Of a stretch of 64,000 bases of DNA, positions 30,119 to 39,223 are shown in pieces (within the stretch, counting starts at the first letter, position 1; the number at the start of each line of letters is the position of its first letter). The position numbers and the translations under genes are program-made. Origin of the DNA: a virus (Duplodnaviria > Caudoviricetes); IMG/VR virus record IMGVR_UViG_3300028886_000036, positions 96,001-160,000 of that record, one strand, 5' to 3'. The notes under the pieces are model-generated. The model was not told the origin of the DNA and did not search any database. It was given only the letters and a program-made list of their open reading frames with translations.

Positions 30119-30808
30119 TTAAGCATACTCGTGAAGATCGTCAAGAAGCTTGTTATAGATATTTTTAATAGCTGTATAATATCTCTGCTGTTCTTTTTCT
30201 GGGACAGATAACCCACGATATCTTCGAGTTGCTTTCTGGTAATTGCCGTGTTCTATTGCCAGATATTTCTGGAAAACAATAATCCCAGCCTTAATAGATT
30301 TACTGGGGTCTGTATAAAGATCTTCAGATGTGATTCCGGCTTTAGCTAACTCCTTTTTATGATAACGCGGAATAACTTGTAAAAATCCGCGTGCGGAGCT
30401 AACTTTCGGATCAGCGGTAAGTCTATAACTGCTTTCTACCTGGGCCATAGCGGTAACCCACAAGGCAAGCTTAATATTGCCTTTGGTATGATTTAAAACC
30501 GCTGACGAGATGCTTGTGACATATACATCCCGAGTCATTCCCATACATTTGTACTTATTTCTGTTAAGAATTTGATTAATATGCTCTTCAACAACTACAT
30601 CAGAGCTGTCAATCATCTCCAATTTTGACAACTTTTTCCAGTCAAAAGATTTAGGCACCTCTTTTGGAGGTTCTATTTTCTTGTTGATTGGCGGGATGTT
30701 ATTTTGCGGCACTGGTGTTGTTTCATATTGATATAACTGCACCCCCGCATAAATTCCAAAAGAAATGACCGTAACAGCGATTGCATTGATGATTCTAATC
30801 ATACCCAA
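30119..30808 (-). CDS. Lytic transglycosylase (SLT domain) with N-terminal membrane anchor
   Basis: AQVESSY catalytic Glu motif, ARGFLQV, SIKAG...Y; hydrophobic N-terminus. Confidence 0.85.
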   Translation of the reverse strand: MGMIRIINAIAVTVISFGIYAGVQLYQYETTPVPQNNIPPINKKIEPPKEVPKSFDWKKLSKLEMIDSSDVVVEEHINQILNRNKYKCMGMTRDVYVTSISSAVLNHTKGNIKLALWVTAMAQVESSYRLTADPKVSSARGFLQVIPRYHKKELAKAGITSEDLYTDPSKSIKAGIIVFQKYLAIEHGNYQKATRRYRGLSVPEKEQQRYYTAIKNIYNKLLDDLHEYA

Positions 30809-30905
30809 ATACCCCTTTCAAAGGTTAATTTCTCCCAAATAGGGAGATTGATACTACCACAATATATATACAACTAAAATTTTTTATAAACGGAGTGATA
30901 TAAAT

Positions 30906-31421
30906 ATGGATCCTAACGAAATCATTGATACCCCTACTGGCGATACCCCTACTGGCGATACCCCTACTGGCAATAACCCTGCGCAGCCTGATACAACCCC
31001 TGGCGCTACTGAAGGTGGCGAGGGCGAAGCTGCAGAGAGCACCGAAGTTTCTGCTGGAGCTGCTGCACTTGATTCACTTGAAAAGAAGTTTGCTGATATG
31101 ACTGCTACAGAGTGTGCTCTTGGCTTTGGCGATAGTCATTGCGATTGGAGAGCTCCTCTTGCTAAGGTTGCTGTTTTTGCTGCTGCTGAAGAAGCTGCTG
31201 ATGCGGCTAAGAAGTTTACTGTTGACTACGATTTAGATGGTACTGAAGAGGAGATGACTGGCCCAGCTATTGCTGCTGCTGTTCTTGAGAAGTTCCACAG
31301 CAAGACTCAGGGCAAGATTGATAAGGAAAAGGCTATGTCTGGCGAGAAGGAAGAAGAGAACAAGGAAGAAACTGGCAACTCAGGTGGGACCGGAAACGGT
31401 GACCCAGAGGGTACTGACTAA
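30906..31421 (+). CDS. Acidic low-complexity protein, paralog of 31447
   Basis: Shared KKFADMTATE-x3-GFGD-x2-CD-x-R-x-PLAKV. Confidence 0.75.
   Translation: MDPNEIIDTPTGDTPTGDTPTGNNPAQPDTTPGATEGGEGEAAESTEVSAGAAALDSLEKKFADMTATECALGFGDSHCDWRAPLAKVAVFAAAEEAADAAKKFTVDYDLDGTEEEMTGPAIAAAVLEKFHSKTQGKIDKEKAMSGEKEEENKEETGNSGGTGNGDPEGTD
30927..30971 (+). repeat. 15-bp perfect tandem repeat x3 (DTPTG)
   Basis: GATACCCCTACTGGC three times. Confidence 0.95.
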
Positions 31422-31446
31422 TTTACTATATTAAATATAAAAGGAT

Positions 31447-32040
31447 GTGATAGTTGTGTCTGCAGGTAAAATTGCTCTTGAAGAAACTGCTAAAAAATTT
31501 GCAGATATGACTGCCACTGAAGGTTTGTTTGGCTTTGGGGATCTATTTTGTGATCATAGATCCCCATTAGCTAAAGTTGAAGTTTTTAAAGCTGGTGAAA
31601 TTCCTTTAGATGAAGATGTTCAAACTTTATTAGATAAAGCTAAAGCATTACACAATAAAACTAATAGGAAGAAAGAATTAGATAAAAGGTTTTATGGTAT
31701 TGAGGATAAGGAGACTGAAGAGGACTCTACTGCTTCTCCAGACACTTCGATATCTACTACTGATGAGGGCAACGATACTCCAGATAGTAATGATAACCAA
31801 AATGAAACTGTTACACCTAATACTGACCAAGTCGTAGAAACACCAACAAACAATGATCCTAAACCGGAACCTGTAGTTGAACAAACTCCAGAGGAAGAAG
31901 AAACTCCAGAAAATTCTGATCCTGAAGAGTCAACTAAAGATGAGGTAGAGGATTTAATTAATGAGTTAGATGAATTCATTAATGGTAATAATTCACCTAA
32001 CACACCTGATAATGAAAATCAGGAGTTAGATGAACCTTAA
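31447..32040 (+). CDS. Acidic low-complexity protein, paralog of 30906
   Basis: Shared N-terminal domain plus a long acidic tail (start may be GTG 31456). Confidence 0.75.
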   Translation: MIVVSAGKIALEETAKKFADMTATEGLFGFGDLFCDHRSPLAKVEVFKAGEIPLDEDVQTLLDKAKALHNKTNRKKELDKRFYGIEDKETEEDSTASPDTSISTTDEGNDTPDSNDNQNETVTPNTDQVVETPTNNDPKPEPVVEQTPEEEETPENSDPEESTKDEVEDLINELDEFINGNNSPNTPDNENQELDEP

Positions 32041-32088
32041 GTGGCAAAGCTTCTATTAATATAAAAAAGGAGGCTAAAGAAAAAACAT

Positions 32089-32850
32089 ATGAATCCTAAT
32101 GAAGCACCAAGGGCTTTTAGGCCCAATCGTTGGGGTGAATCCACAAAGATAGTTGTTGAGAATAACTATTTTGGTGAATGCCCCGGTCTTTATAATACAT
32201 TTGAATTAAATTGTTCTGTTGCAGATGGTTCTAAGTTTAACAATAATACATTTGTTCCAGAAGCATCTACTCATAACTTTATTAATTTATATCAGGTTGA
32301 TAGTGGTACAGAGGATAAGCCAGTTGTAATTGAAATAAAGGATAATGTTTTTGAGTGTAGTACAGATACTAACCCAATCAGAGTTGCTTGCAAGGGTGCC
32401 CCAAAGAATGTTGAAATACATATCGAGGGTAATAAGTATATCTGTGAAAATCTTGATGAGAATTATAGTGGGCTTTTCTTTATTCAGCCCTATAATATGG
32501 ACACTGAAGATTTAAGTGGAGTTACGATTTATCTTAAGGATAACGTTATCCCAGAAAATGCTAATCTGTTCTACTATTATGCTAAAGATGGTGTAGATTC
32601 TAAGTTAATTACTCTTAATGAAGAGTTACTTCCAAAGGTTTTTATCTTTGAAGTTGATGAGGATGGCAATGCTGGTTGGAAGCAGCTTTCAATTTTACAG
32701 TATCTTTCACCTTATTCAAAACAGAAAGAGCTTGATCCACTTTTAGCTGCTTTGGAAGTTACTGATGATACAGATACTACTACACCAACAGACAACACTG
32801 ATAATACAGATGATACTGATGGTGGAGAGACTATACCAACTGGCGAGTAA
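32089..32850 (+). CDS. Hypothetical protein, possible beta-helix
   Basis: Recurrent (V/I)-x-(N/D)N-x-F/Y motifs; AAGGAGG RBS. Confidence 0.6.
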   Translation: MNPNEAPRAFRPNRWGESTKIVVENNYFGECPGLYNTFELNCSVADGSKFNNNTFVPEASTHNFINLYQVDSGTEDKPVVIEIKDNVFECSTDTNPIRVACKGAPKNVEIHIEGNKYICENLDENYSGLFFIQPYNMDTEDLSGVTIYLKDNVIPENANLFYYYAKDGVDSKLITLNEELLPKVFIFEVDEDGNAGWKQLSILQYLSPYSKQKELDPLLAALEVTDDTDTTTPTDNTDNTDDTDGGETIPTGE

Positions 32851-32862
32851 TAATTAAACAAT

Positions 32863-32899
32863 AAAGATACAGTAGGTGTTATGCCTATTGTATCTTTTT
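32863..32899 (+). terminator. Intrinsic terminator
   Basis: AAAGATACAGTAGG...CCTATTGTATCTTTTT. Confidence 0.65.
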
Positions 32900-32916
32900 A
32901 TAATGTGTGATATAAT
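32888..32916 (+). promoter_or_regulatory. SigA-like promoter
   Basis: TTGTAT-17 nt-TATAAT with TGn. Confidence 0.55.
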
Positions 32917-32949
32917 TATAAACATCTCTAGGAAGGAGATGAGAGTAAA

Positions 32950-34824
32950 ATATTTATTATTAAAGAAGTAGATAAGTCAGATTTAGAAAAATTAGCTGAC
33001 GCATATTGTAAAGCATTTTTACCATTAAGACCTACTAATGTTAGTGAAGAAGTTAACATAAAGAATATGAAGAATTATTTTTTGAAAGATCTTCAACAAA
33101 AAATGAATCAATATGATTCTATACAAGAATGTATGGTTGAAACAGATACAAATGATTATGTGGCATATTTTTCAGCATATGCAAATCCAAAATCAGATAC
33201 TGGAGATTCTTTTGTACATATTCCAGAGATTTTTGTTAACCCAGATTATCAAAAGTATGGTCATGGTAGAGCTATAATGAGAGATGGATTAGCATTATGT
33301 TCTGCTAGATTTGAAAATAGTGAATGGATTGATCTTAATACTCAACCCTATAATGAACGAGCTATTAAGCTATATAAGGCTATGGGTTTTGAAGTAATGT
33401 TTGTAATAGGGCATACCGATAATTATTATGTGGTAGGACCAGATAATGAAAAGCACGATATTATTAGAATGGCAAAACCTTTACACGATGAGTTTGCTTT
33501 TAGGCAGTATCCAAACTTTAATCCTACTAATGAAAATAAACCTATTATAGAAAACTATTTTACTAAAGATACTAGGCATACTGAAACTTATATTAAGAAA
33601 GATCAATTCAATGAAAATATAGAATTAATTAATGAAACTGCTACATATCCAGTTAAGTTCTATGATAAATATAAGAAAGACTATTATGGTGAGATGATTA
33701 GATTCCAGTATGGAGTATATGAAGATGATATGTCTTTAAGTAAAAAGGAAGTTAATAGAAGAGCTAAAAGAGACGCATCTACTCTATTATCTGCACAAGA
33801 AAAATTACCAGACTTTACAGTATGGTGTGGAATAACAGATGTATCAATAGCTGCATATATAGTAGTTGCTAAACTTAATGGTGTATGGACATTTACTATG
33901 GATCATTATTATGATACAGATGGTAAAGTTCTAAAAAAATTAGTTGATAAAGCTGTTAGTATAACTAAATTAAAAGAACTTAAAGGCCAAGAAGATTTTA
34001 TATTGGAAAGTATGATGAAAGTTGATGGTTTAAGAGAGAAGAGTAAAACTAAATATAGATCAGTGTTTAAGATTAATGATGAGTTCTTAAATAGTCTAAA
34101 GCAACAAGAAATCCCTCAAGAAGAAACTCCAGAAGAAGAACCAGCACAACCTACTGGAGAAACTATACCACAAGAGAAAGGACCAACGCAGCCTAATGTA
34201 CAACAACCAGTTCAGCAACCACAAGCTCAACCGATTCAGCCTCAAAAACCTGAATTTCAAACGCCATTACCAGCATCAGCTCCGATTGAACCTAAACTTA
34301 AAAACTACGATCAATTCATCAAAGACAGAGAAAAGAAACAAACTCAACTTGCAAAAGATATCAAATCTCAAATTCAGAAAACATCTAAACAAAAACTTCC
34401 AGAACCACAAGTACCTGAAACTCCAGAACCAGAACAACCAAGTGTTGATTCAGAAACTACACCAGCCTCTTTGGAAAAAGATTCTAAACAAATTGTTAAA
34501 GATGCTGAAAAAGTAAGTTCACAAGAACCTCAAGATAATCTTGAAGATATTGGGGAATTTCCTCCGGATATGTTTAAGGAGCCAGATGAAAAGAAACCTG
34601 AAATAAACTTACCAGGGAGGCCGGCTGTTAAACCTGTTATGAGAGACACCAATAATGTAACTAACAAAGTTCTTAATGATTTACCTAAAGGTAGAAATGT
34701 ATCTCCGGTACAAATAATTGATGTTGATAATATAACTAACCCAGATATTAATGGAAATGGTAAGCAAGAAGAAAAACGAGATACTGTTCAGAACATAATG
34801 AATCCAGATATTAAGAAACAATAA
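32950..34824 (+). CDS. GNAT-family N-acetyltransferase with Pro/Gln-rich tail; probable ATA start at 32950
   Basis: FVNPDYQKYGHG and N-x-RA-x-KLY-x-x-MGF motifs; in-frame extension IFIIKEVDKSDLEKLAD supplies the GNAT first strand and helix. Confidence 0.75.
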   Translation: MFIIKEVDKSDLEKLADAYCKAFLPLRPTNVSEEVNIKNMKNYFLKDLQQKMNQYDSIQECMVETDTNDYVAYFSAYANPKSDTGDSFVHIPEIFVNPDYQKYGHGRAIMRDGLALCSARFENSEWIDLNTQPYNERAIKLYKAMGFEVMFVIGHTDNYYVVGPDNEKHDIIRMAKPLHDEFAFRQYPNFNPTNENKPIIENYFTKDTRHTETYIKKDQFNENIELINETATYPVKFYDKYKKDYYGEMIRFQYGVYEDDMSLSKKEVNRRAKRDASTLLSAQEKLPDFTVWCGITDVSIAAYIVVAKLNGVWTFTMDHYYDTDGKVLKKLVDKAVSITKLKELKGQEDFILESMMKVDGLREKSKTKYRSVFKINDEFLNSLKQQEIPQEETPEEEPAQPTGETIPQEKGPTQPNVQQPVQQPQAQPIQPQKPEFQTPLPASAPIEPKLKNYDQFIKDREKKQTQLAKDIKSQIQKTSKQKLPEPQVPETPEPEQPSVDSETTPASLEKDSKQIVKDAEKVSSQEPQDNLEDIGEFPPDMFKEPDEKKPEINLPGRPAVKPVMRDTNNVTNKVLNDLPKGRNVSPVQIIDVDNITNPDINGNGKQEEKRDTVQNIMNPDIKKQ

Positions 34825-34863
34825 AAAAAAACTACCAGACCTAATTTGGTCTGGTAGTTTTTT
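34824..34863. terminator. Bidirectional terminator
   Basis: AAAAAAACTACCAGACC-taattt-GGTCTGGTAGTTTTTT. Confidence 0.9.
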
Positions 34864-34864
34864 G

Positions 34865-35167
34865 TTAATCGCTTATCTTAACTATATGCTCAGATAGTAT
34901 ACTAAAACCACAAGTATTATTCTGATCAGTTATCAAATTAAATTCACAGAAGTCACAATTTTCATCACAGCAAGCATTCAGATTAAATCTACTACTAAAT
35001 ATATGTTCTATTAATTCATTATTATCTATTCTAGAATAGAATGAACACCTTCCAGATCCCTTTCTAAACAAGTTACACAATCCACATGTAGAATGACTAA
35101 AGCATGTATTATTAATTATAGAATACATCATATAAGTTAAAGTTTTTAAGGATTGTAAGTTATGCAT
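34865..35167 (-). CDS. Small Cys-rich paralog
   Basis: NTC-x5-CGLC-x9-C, then a second C..CDFC..C cluster. Confidence 0.7.
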   Translation of the reverse strand: MHNLQSLKTLTYMMYSIINNTCFSHSTCGLCNLFRKGSGRCSFYSRIDNNELIEHIFSSRFNLNACCDENCDFCEFNLITDQNNTCGFSILSEHIVKISD

Positions 35168-35468
35168 TTCTATAGGTTATCTTAGAAGCAAAATCTCCAA
35201 ATCCACAAAATCCGCCTGGCCTACTTATTTCACAATCTTCACAACTGATATCGTTAGTACAGCTATTGACTAACTGATTAATCATTGGACTAACAGTTTT
35301 ATCCAAATGAATTATAAACTGTGAAATATGTCTTTCTCTTAAGCTACAGTCTCCATTCGACAATGCTATAGGACAATCTCCCTTGTAGCATTTAGATGCT
35401 GCTTTACATATGTTAATCAATATAATACACATCAGCAATCTAGATTTCTTAGATGCCAGTGAAATCAT
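35160..35468 (-). CDS. Small Cys-rich paralog
   Basis: NIC..C..C..C and C-x5-CEDC-x8-C. Confidence 0.7.
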   Translation of the reverse strand: MISLASKKSRLLMCIILINICKAASKCYKGDCPIALSNGDCSLRERHISQFIIHLDKTVSPMINQLVNSCTNDISCEDCEISRPGGFCGFGDFASKITYRNA

Positions 35469-35773
35469 TTTCTTTCCTCGTTTTCTTTACACATTATAAG
35501 CTTCTTTATACTATACTGTGCAACGCAATTAAAATTTTTCTCTAAATTACAACTTTCACAAGTAAGGTTATTATCACAAAAATCTTGATATAACTTTATC
35601 AATTTAATAGGAGATACACAACATTTACTTCCTCCAAAACGTTTTTGCATAAACTTACAACTAGAGCATGGTTTGTTATAACAATAATTGTACATATAAA
35701 TTAAACAGAATGCTATTGGTAACTTTTTTAACATCTTTTCATGGTTCTCCATATTGGGTCTAGTAAACAACAC
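35465..35773 (-). CDS. Small Cys-rich paralog
   Basis: NYC-x4-CSSC and C-x5-CESC (true start probably further downstream). Confidence 0.65.
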   Translation of the reverse strand: MLFTRPNMENHEKMLKKLPIAFCLIYMYNYCYNKPCSSCKFMQKRFGGSKCCVSPIKLIKLYQDFCDNNLTCESCNLEKNFNCVAQYSIKKLIMCKENEERK

Positions 35774-36087
35774 TTAGTTGCTGCTTTTATAACTCTAAAT
35801 TTGCATCCATTACAACAATCAAATCTACCATATATAAAATGATTATTACAATGCTTCATAAAGACATCCCACAACTGTTTAACTGTAGGACTGGGAGATA
35901 CACCCACTGACTTACCTCTTAGTATAGAAGATAATCTATCTAACGGATTTACATATAAAGTTAATATACATCTTTTAATTAATGTTCTAGGTTGTATGTT
36001 TGGTTCATAAAAACTACAATTCTCACAGCCAGTTGATATACAGTAGTTCTTAACTATAACATAGATTAAATTATATACTTCGTTCAT
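35728..36087 (-). CDS. Small Cys-rich paralog
   Basis: NYC-x4-CENC and CNGC. Confidence 0.7.
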   Translation of the reverse strand: MNEVYNLIYVIVKNYCISTGCENCSFYEPNIQPRTLIKRCILTLYVNPLDRLSSILRGKSVGVSPSPTVKQLWDVFMKHCNNHFIYGRFDCCNGCKFRVIKAATKCCLLDPIWRTMKRC

Positions 36088-36418
36088 TTAGAGTAACCTT
36101 CCAATACCCATAGAAATGATGTCTTGATACAGGATATCTATCTCCATATTGATTCTTTAATAATAAGCACTTATTATTGGTTTTATCAAAGCAATAACAG
36201 TTTACACAGTACATATCCATACCAATAAAATCAAACACGCATACCTTATTAATTAAACAATAGCTATCATCTTTTACATCATATCTACTTGGGACTGTAT
36301 CTTCATTTTTAGCTTTACATCTTTTACATCCAAGTTTACTGAAACAATAGTTTCTATATATCAATTCTATTATAAGTTCTATCTTATTTAAAGGCATTCT
36401 TATTTCCTTTTTGAACAA
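36071..36418 (-). CDS. Small Cys-rich paralog
   Basis: NYC-x5-CKRC and CVNC (start likely MPLNK). Confidence 0.7.
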   Translation of the reverse strand: MFKKEIRMPLNKIELIIELIYRNYCFSKLGCKRCKAKNEDTVPSRYDVKDDSYCLINKVCVFDFIGMDMYCVNCYCFDKTNNKCLLLKNQYGDRYPVSRHHFYGYWKVTLNERSI

Positions 36419-36714
36419 ATATTAGGAAGAACCAATTCATGTAAATAGATTAAATACGCACAAGTAAACCACACCTTGCCTCTCAATATATTGTTCCTGT
36501 TTACACAAATAGTACAGTTTCCAGTACACATTTTTCTAGGATTAATTATAGGAGGCACAAAGAACTCTACATACAACATCAAACTTTCTTTGTCAAAAGT
36601 TTTGGTAGTTCCATTATAGTTCTTTTCAATAAAATCTAAAACAGATGGTTCTAGAGAAATCATACGATTAGATATATGTGTCATAGTAAATAAAGTTATA
36701 GATTTATTATTCAT
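36400..36714 (-). CDS. Small Cys-rich protein (single cluster)
   Basis: CTGNCTIC...C. Confidence 0.65.
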   Translation of the reverse strand: MNNKSITLFTMTHISNRMISLEPSVLDFIEKNYNGTTKTFDKESLMLYVEFFVPPIINPRKMCTGNCTICVNRNNILRGKVWFTCAYLIYLHELVLPNICSKRK

Positions 36715-36970
36715 ATGAGCCCCTTATTTTTTGTAAAACTATCCATAGAGGACAAGAATAAGTTGTTAGATACCTCTTTCCTCTAAACACACATCCAACA
36801 CAATCAGCATCATTTTTACAAAATCTATTTGTAAAGATTCTACAGATATAATTTAATTCATCTGAACCAATAGCATTGTAATATGGTTCAGTGTGAATAT
36901 CCTTATTAAACTCTTTATTTAAAATTTGAGTTACAGCAAATATATACCACGATTTATAAGGGTTTACCAT
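36707..36970 (-). CDS. Small Cys-rich protein (single cluster)
   Basis: FC-x5-CVGC...C. Confidence 0.65.
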   Translation of the reverse strand: MVNPYKSWYIFAVTQILNKEFNKDIHTEPYYNAIGSDELNYICRIFTNRFCKNDADCVGCVFRGKRYLTTYSCPLWIVLQKIRGSYE

Positions 36971-37274
36971 CTGAGTCCCTCCAGCAGCAAACTAAAGCCT
37001 TATTCAAATAGATTAACAATATACAAGTACACCATCTATCATATTCCCTATTACCATTTAAAATACACCCATCACATATATCGACATCTAAGCCTTCATA
37101 TTCTGGATTTGCATAACTACTACAAAAGTCATGTATATAATAATTTAAAGTGTCTTTCTCTATATTTTCTGTTTCATCATAAAATCTATTAGATAGATCT
37201 TTAAGCAGCATAAAACGATTAGATGTCATAATAATTGTCATGAAATACTTTCCACCAACAGTCAAGTTATACAC
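36954..37274 (-). CDS. Small Cys-rich protein (single cluster)
   Basis: FC...CDGC...C. Confidence 0.6.
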   Translation of the reverse strand: MYNLTVGGKYFMTIIMTSNRFMLLKDLSNRFYDETENIEKDTLNYYIHDFCSSYANPEYEGLDVDICDGCILNGNREYDRWCTCILLIYLNKALVCCWRDSDGKPL

Positions 37275-37300
37275 CTCATTTGAAAGGAGTTTTATTAAAT

Positions 37301-38023
37301 ATGAAAAGATATAGACTTAAACTTAAAGAATCAGATCAACCAATGAATCCACCAAATGTTCCACAGGTATCTGATCCAAATATGCAAGCAGATCTTCAAG
37401 AACCTGCAGATACTGATAGAAATGAAATTCAAGTAATCACTTCAATACCTCCCGAGATGAAAGAGTCTTTACAAAAGTTTTTTAATAAGACTCATACCCA
37501 CCCAAATCAATATTATCCAGAAGACAAATCAGATAATCAAGCTATCATGAGATATCTTGGTACTGATAATAAGAACTTTAGTTTTAGAGTAGCCGCAGTT
37601 CAAGGTGACGAGATAATAGCACTCATAGATAGTATTCCTCTATTTATAAACAACAATCAACTTAAGGTATATGCATCATATACCTATGGAGATCCTACAG
37701 ATAATTCAGATATTAATCAGCAAATGATACAGCAAGCTATTCAATTAGCTATGAAGAACCCAGATCCACAAGTACAGTGGATGGTTTTTAATGATTTATC
37801 TAAACACGATGACAGATCGTGGGTAAATGCTTTACAAGACTTTGGTTTTATCCAGCCATATAGATTTGTAAACCCAGCTTTTAAAGACACAGTTGTATTG
37901 GTTCATGTTATTAGATCTAATGCTCCATCTCAATATCCGATTACAGCTGAACAAGATGTTAGAAATGCTGGGGAGAATCTTCCATTTGACCAAGCTAAAG
38001 ATGAATTGTTAAGCATACGTTAG
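37301..38023 (+). CDS. Hypothetical protein, possible divergent GNAT fold
   Basis: ATG 37301 after AAAGGAG; FRVAAVQGDEIIALI and LQDFGF. Confidence 0.55.
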   Translation: MKRYRLKLKESDQPMNPPNVPQVSDPNMQADLQEPADTDRNEIQVITSIPPEMKESLQKFFNKTHTHPNQYYPEDKSDNQAIMRYLGTDNKNFSFRVAAVQGDEIIALIDSIPLFINNNQLKVYASYTYGDPTDNSDINQQMIQQAIQLAMKNPDPQVQWMVFNDLSKHDDRSWVNALQDFGFIQPYRFVNPAFKDTVVLVHVIRSNAPSQYPITAEQDVRNAGENLPFDQAKDELLSIR

Positions 38024-38078
38024 TAAAACTAAAGACACTAACACAATAATATAATATATATAGAAAGTTTGTGATAAA

Positions 38079-38777
38079 ATGTCATTAGATTTAAGTAAAT
38101 GCTATAGAGCTAAAGTTACAAATAATAATTATAAAAAGGCACCGGCAAAAGCTGCTCCAGGTAGTGTGGAAGTATTTGTTCCAGACTGGACAGCTGAGAA
38201 AGTGGCTGGCAATAGAAAAGGATTAGTATGGGCAGCACCATTAAACGCATGCTTCTTAGGTTCAGATTCAAAAGAAGCTAATAAGAATGTTGGACAATGT
38301 ATAATACCTCCTGTTGGATCTGATGTGTGGGTTGCAATTGAAGACGGTAATTATGCTAATGCTTATTATTTTGGTTCAGTTGCATTAGTTAATCAAGATA
38401 CTATCCCTGATGATAACAAGCAATTATCTTGTCCTCAAAATGCATATACTCTTTTAAAAACCCCAATGGGTAGGGGCATTGTAGTTGTTGACGAAGGTAA
38501 AGATAAAAAGAGTGGAATAGTTATAAAGGGTAAGGGCTCTAATACTAGTAAAGTATTAGGAGATAGTAATCAAATGTATATAACCCTATCTGAAAACTCA
38601 TTTAACGGAATACGTATTCAGTCTGGAAATGGACAACAATTTATTATTATTGATAAAGATGCAAATACAATTGATATTGTCCAAGGTGGATCAAGAATAC
38701 ATATGACTGAGGATAGAATAGATATTGAATCTGATATAGTTAATATCAGAGGAGAAACTAGAATTAATTTAAACTAA
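38079..38777 (+). CDS. Baseplate hub/spike protein (gp5/VgrG/GpV OB-fold type)
   Basis: YRAKV...G-x-V-x-V-x-VP...WA-x-P...IPPVGSDVWV-x2-EDG...YFG; beta-rich C-terminus ending INLN. Confidence 0.8.
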   Translation: MSLDLSKCYRAKVTNNNYKKAPAKAAPGSVEVFVPDWTAEKVAGNRKGLVWAAPLNACFLGSDSKEANKNVGQCIIPPVGSDVWVAIEDGNYANAYYFGSVALVNQDTIPDDNKQLSCPQNAYTLLKTPMGRGIVVVDEGKDKKSGIVIKGKGSNTSKVLGDSNQMYITLSENSFNGIRIQSGNGQQFIIIDKDANTIDIVQGGSRIHMTEDRIDIESDIVNIRGETRINLN

Positions 38778-38817
38778 AACCGGATACAGGGAGAAATCCC
38801 TATATCCGGTTCTTTTT
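38778..38817. terminator. Intrinsic terminator between convergent genes
   Basis: AACCGGATACAGGGA...TCCCTATATCCGGTT followed by a T tract. Confidence 0.8.
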
Positions 38818-38819
38818 AT

Positions 38820-38981
38820 TTACACACTAAGTTTATCGATTTTGTTCTGAATATTTTTAAGATGCCTTTCAAGCTTTTGAATAATTTTAGTTCTGGTATG
38901 ACTAGATTTTTTATGGAATTCAATTTGCTTAATCAAATTTCGTTCTATAGCTAACAACATATTCAGAGTAGGATTGTCCAC
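38820..38981 (-). CDS. Small basic helical protein (53 aa; absent from ORF track)
   Basis: GAAGGAG RBS, GTG start, MDNPTLNMLLAIERNLIKQIEFHKKSSHTRTKIIQKLERHLKNIQNKIDKLSV. Confidence 0.6.
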   Translation of the reverse strand: MDNPTLNMLLAIERNLIKQIEFHKKSSHTRTKIIQKLERHLKNIQNKIDKLSV

Positions 38982-39013
38982 GATACACTCTCCTTCTAAA
39001 GCTGCTTATAGAA

Positions 39014-39220
39014 TTAATGACGAGTACTATCATACCATCCGATTAAAATAGCTATAAACATTAGAATTGCGACAAATGCTGCTCCATATTCAATAATTAT
39101 AGAGTTTGTTTGATCTGGAGGTTGTTTAACCGATGTTTCCGTATTTTGATTATGATGTCTAACCATGGGTATAAATATAAATGTATTTCTTCCTACAGGA
39201 ACAAACATAATAATCTCCAC
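39014..39220 (-). CDS. Small membrane protein
   Basis: C-terminal hydrophobic helix. Confidence 0.55.
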   Translation of the reverse strand: MEIIMFVPVGRNTFIFIPMVRHHNQNTETSVKQPPDQTNSIIIEYGAAFVAILMFIAILIGWYDSTRH

Positions 39221-39223
39221 CTT

